NCBI GenBank assembly: GCA_964635485.1
Contig: CAZWPV010000001.1
Coordinates: 1 to 24,968, forward strand
From: an uncultured Anaerolineales bacterium
GTDB taxonomy: Bacteria > Chloroflexota > Anaerolineae > B4-G1
Direction: 5' to 3'
Length of the DNA: 24,968 nt
The notes under the pieces are model-generated. The model ran no database searches and had not been told where the DNA came from. It was given only the letters and a program-made list of their open reading frames with translations. Positions 24,878 to 24,968 of this stretch are shown in pieces. Position numbers and translations under genes: made by a program. Position 1 is the stretch's first letter, and each line of letters starts with the position of its first letter.

Positions 24878-24968
24878 GGGGGAGATGGGGGGTGGGGGGG
24901 GGGGGGGGGGGGGCCGCCCGCCCCCCCCCCCCCGCCCGCGGGGGGGACTTAGGCAGGGGGGATGGAAA
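24878..24968. other. Low-complexity G/C homopolymer tract at the window end (probable sequencing/assembly artefact or collapsed GC palindrome)
   Basis: 20-G run (24894-24913), 13-C run (24921-24933) and further G runs. Confidence 0.6.

Noticed and set aside
1-24968. CRISPR array, tRNA (including tRNA-Sec) or rRNA
   Set aside because: No regularly spaced direct repeats and no cloverleaf or rRNA-like sequence in the short intergenic regions.

Overview
GC-rich bacterial window, probably Chloroflexota/Anaerolineae (inferred from the GAF-rich kinase types and surface-protein motifs). Left part: the 3' end of an FprA-type flavodiiron protein gene and an SDR, a lower-GC block of three histidine kinases (1535-8039), then a tightly coupled redox cluster of OsmC-like, aldo/keto reductase, a peroxiredoxin-like redoxin and a molybdopterin-oxidoreductase-family gene. 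The ORF track misses two things here. (i) The redoxin really starts at 9521 and has an in-frame TGA at the catalytic position (U-P-Y-C) followed by a bacterial SECIS-like hairpin, so it is very likely a selenoprotein. (ii) The molybdopterin-family gene is frameshifted and cut off at its conserved PYLWG motif by the antisense C-terminal remnant of a large serine recombinase, whose stop codon lies inside the host gene, which looks like an integration (att) junction. Beyond it are a REP-like repeat mosaic, a 999-aa secreted Asp-box propeller surface protein ending in a PTAV-motif/TM/basic tail, and a ~10.4-kb minus-strand operon (double-HTH protein, stand-alone receiver, four kinases). The window has 7 histidine kinases and 7 receiver domains but no receiver fused to a DNA-binding or enzymatic output other than another kinase. 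The last ~90 nt are G/C homopolymer-rich and probably unreliable. No rRNA, tRNA or CRISPR array was seen. All family assignments come from motif recognition by eye, without database searches.
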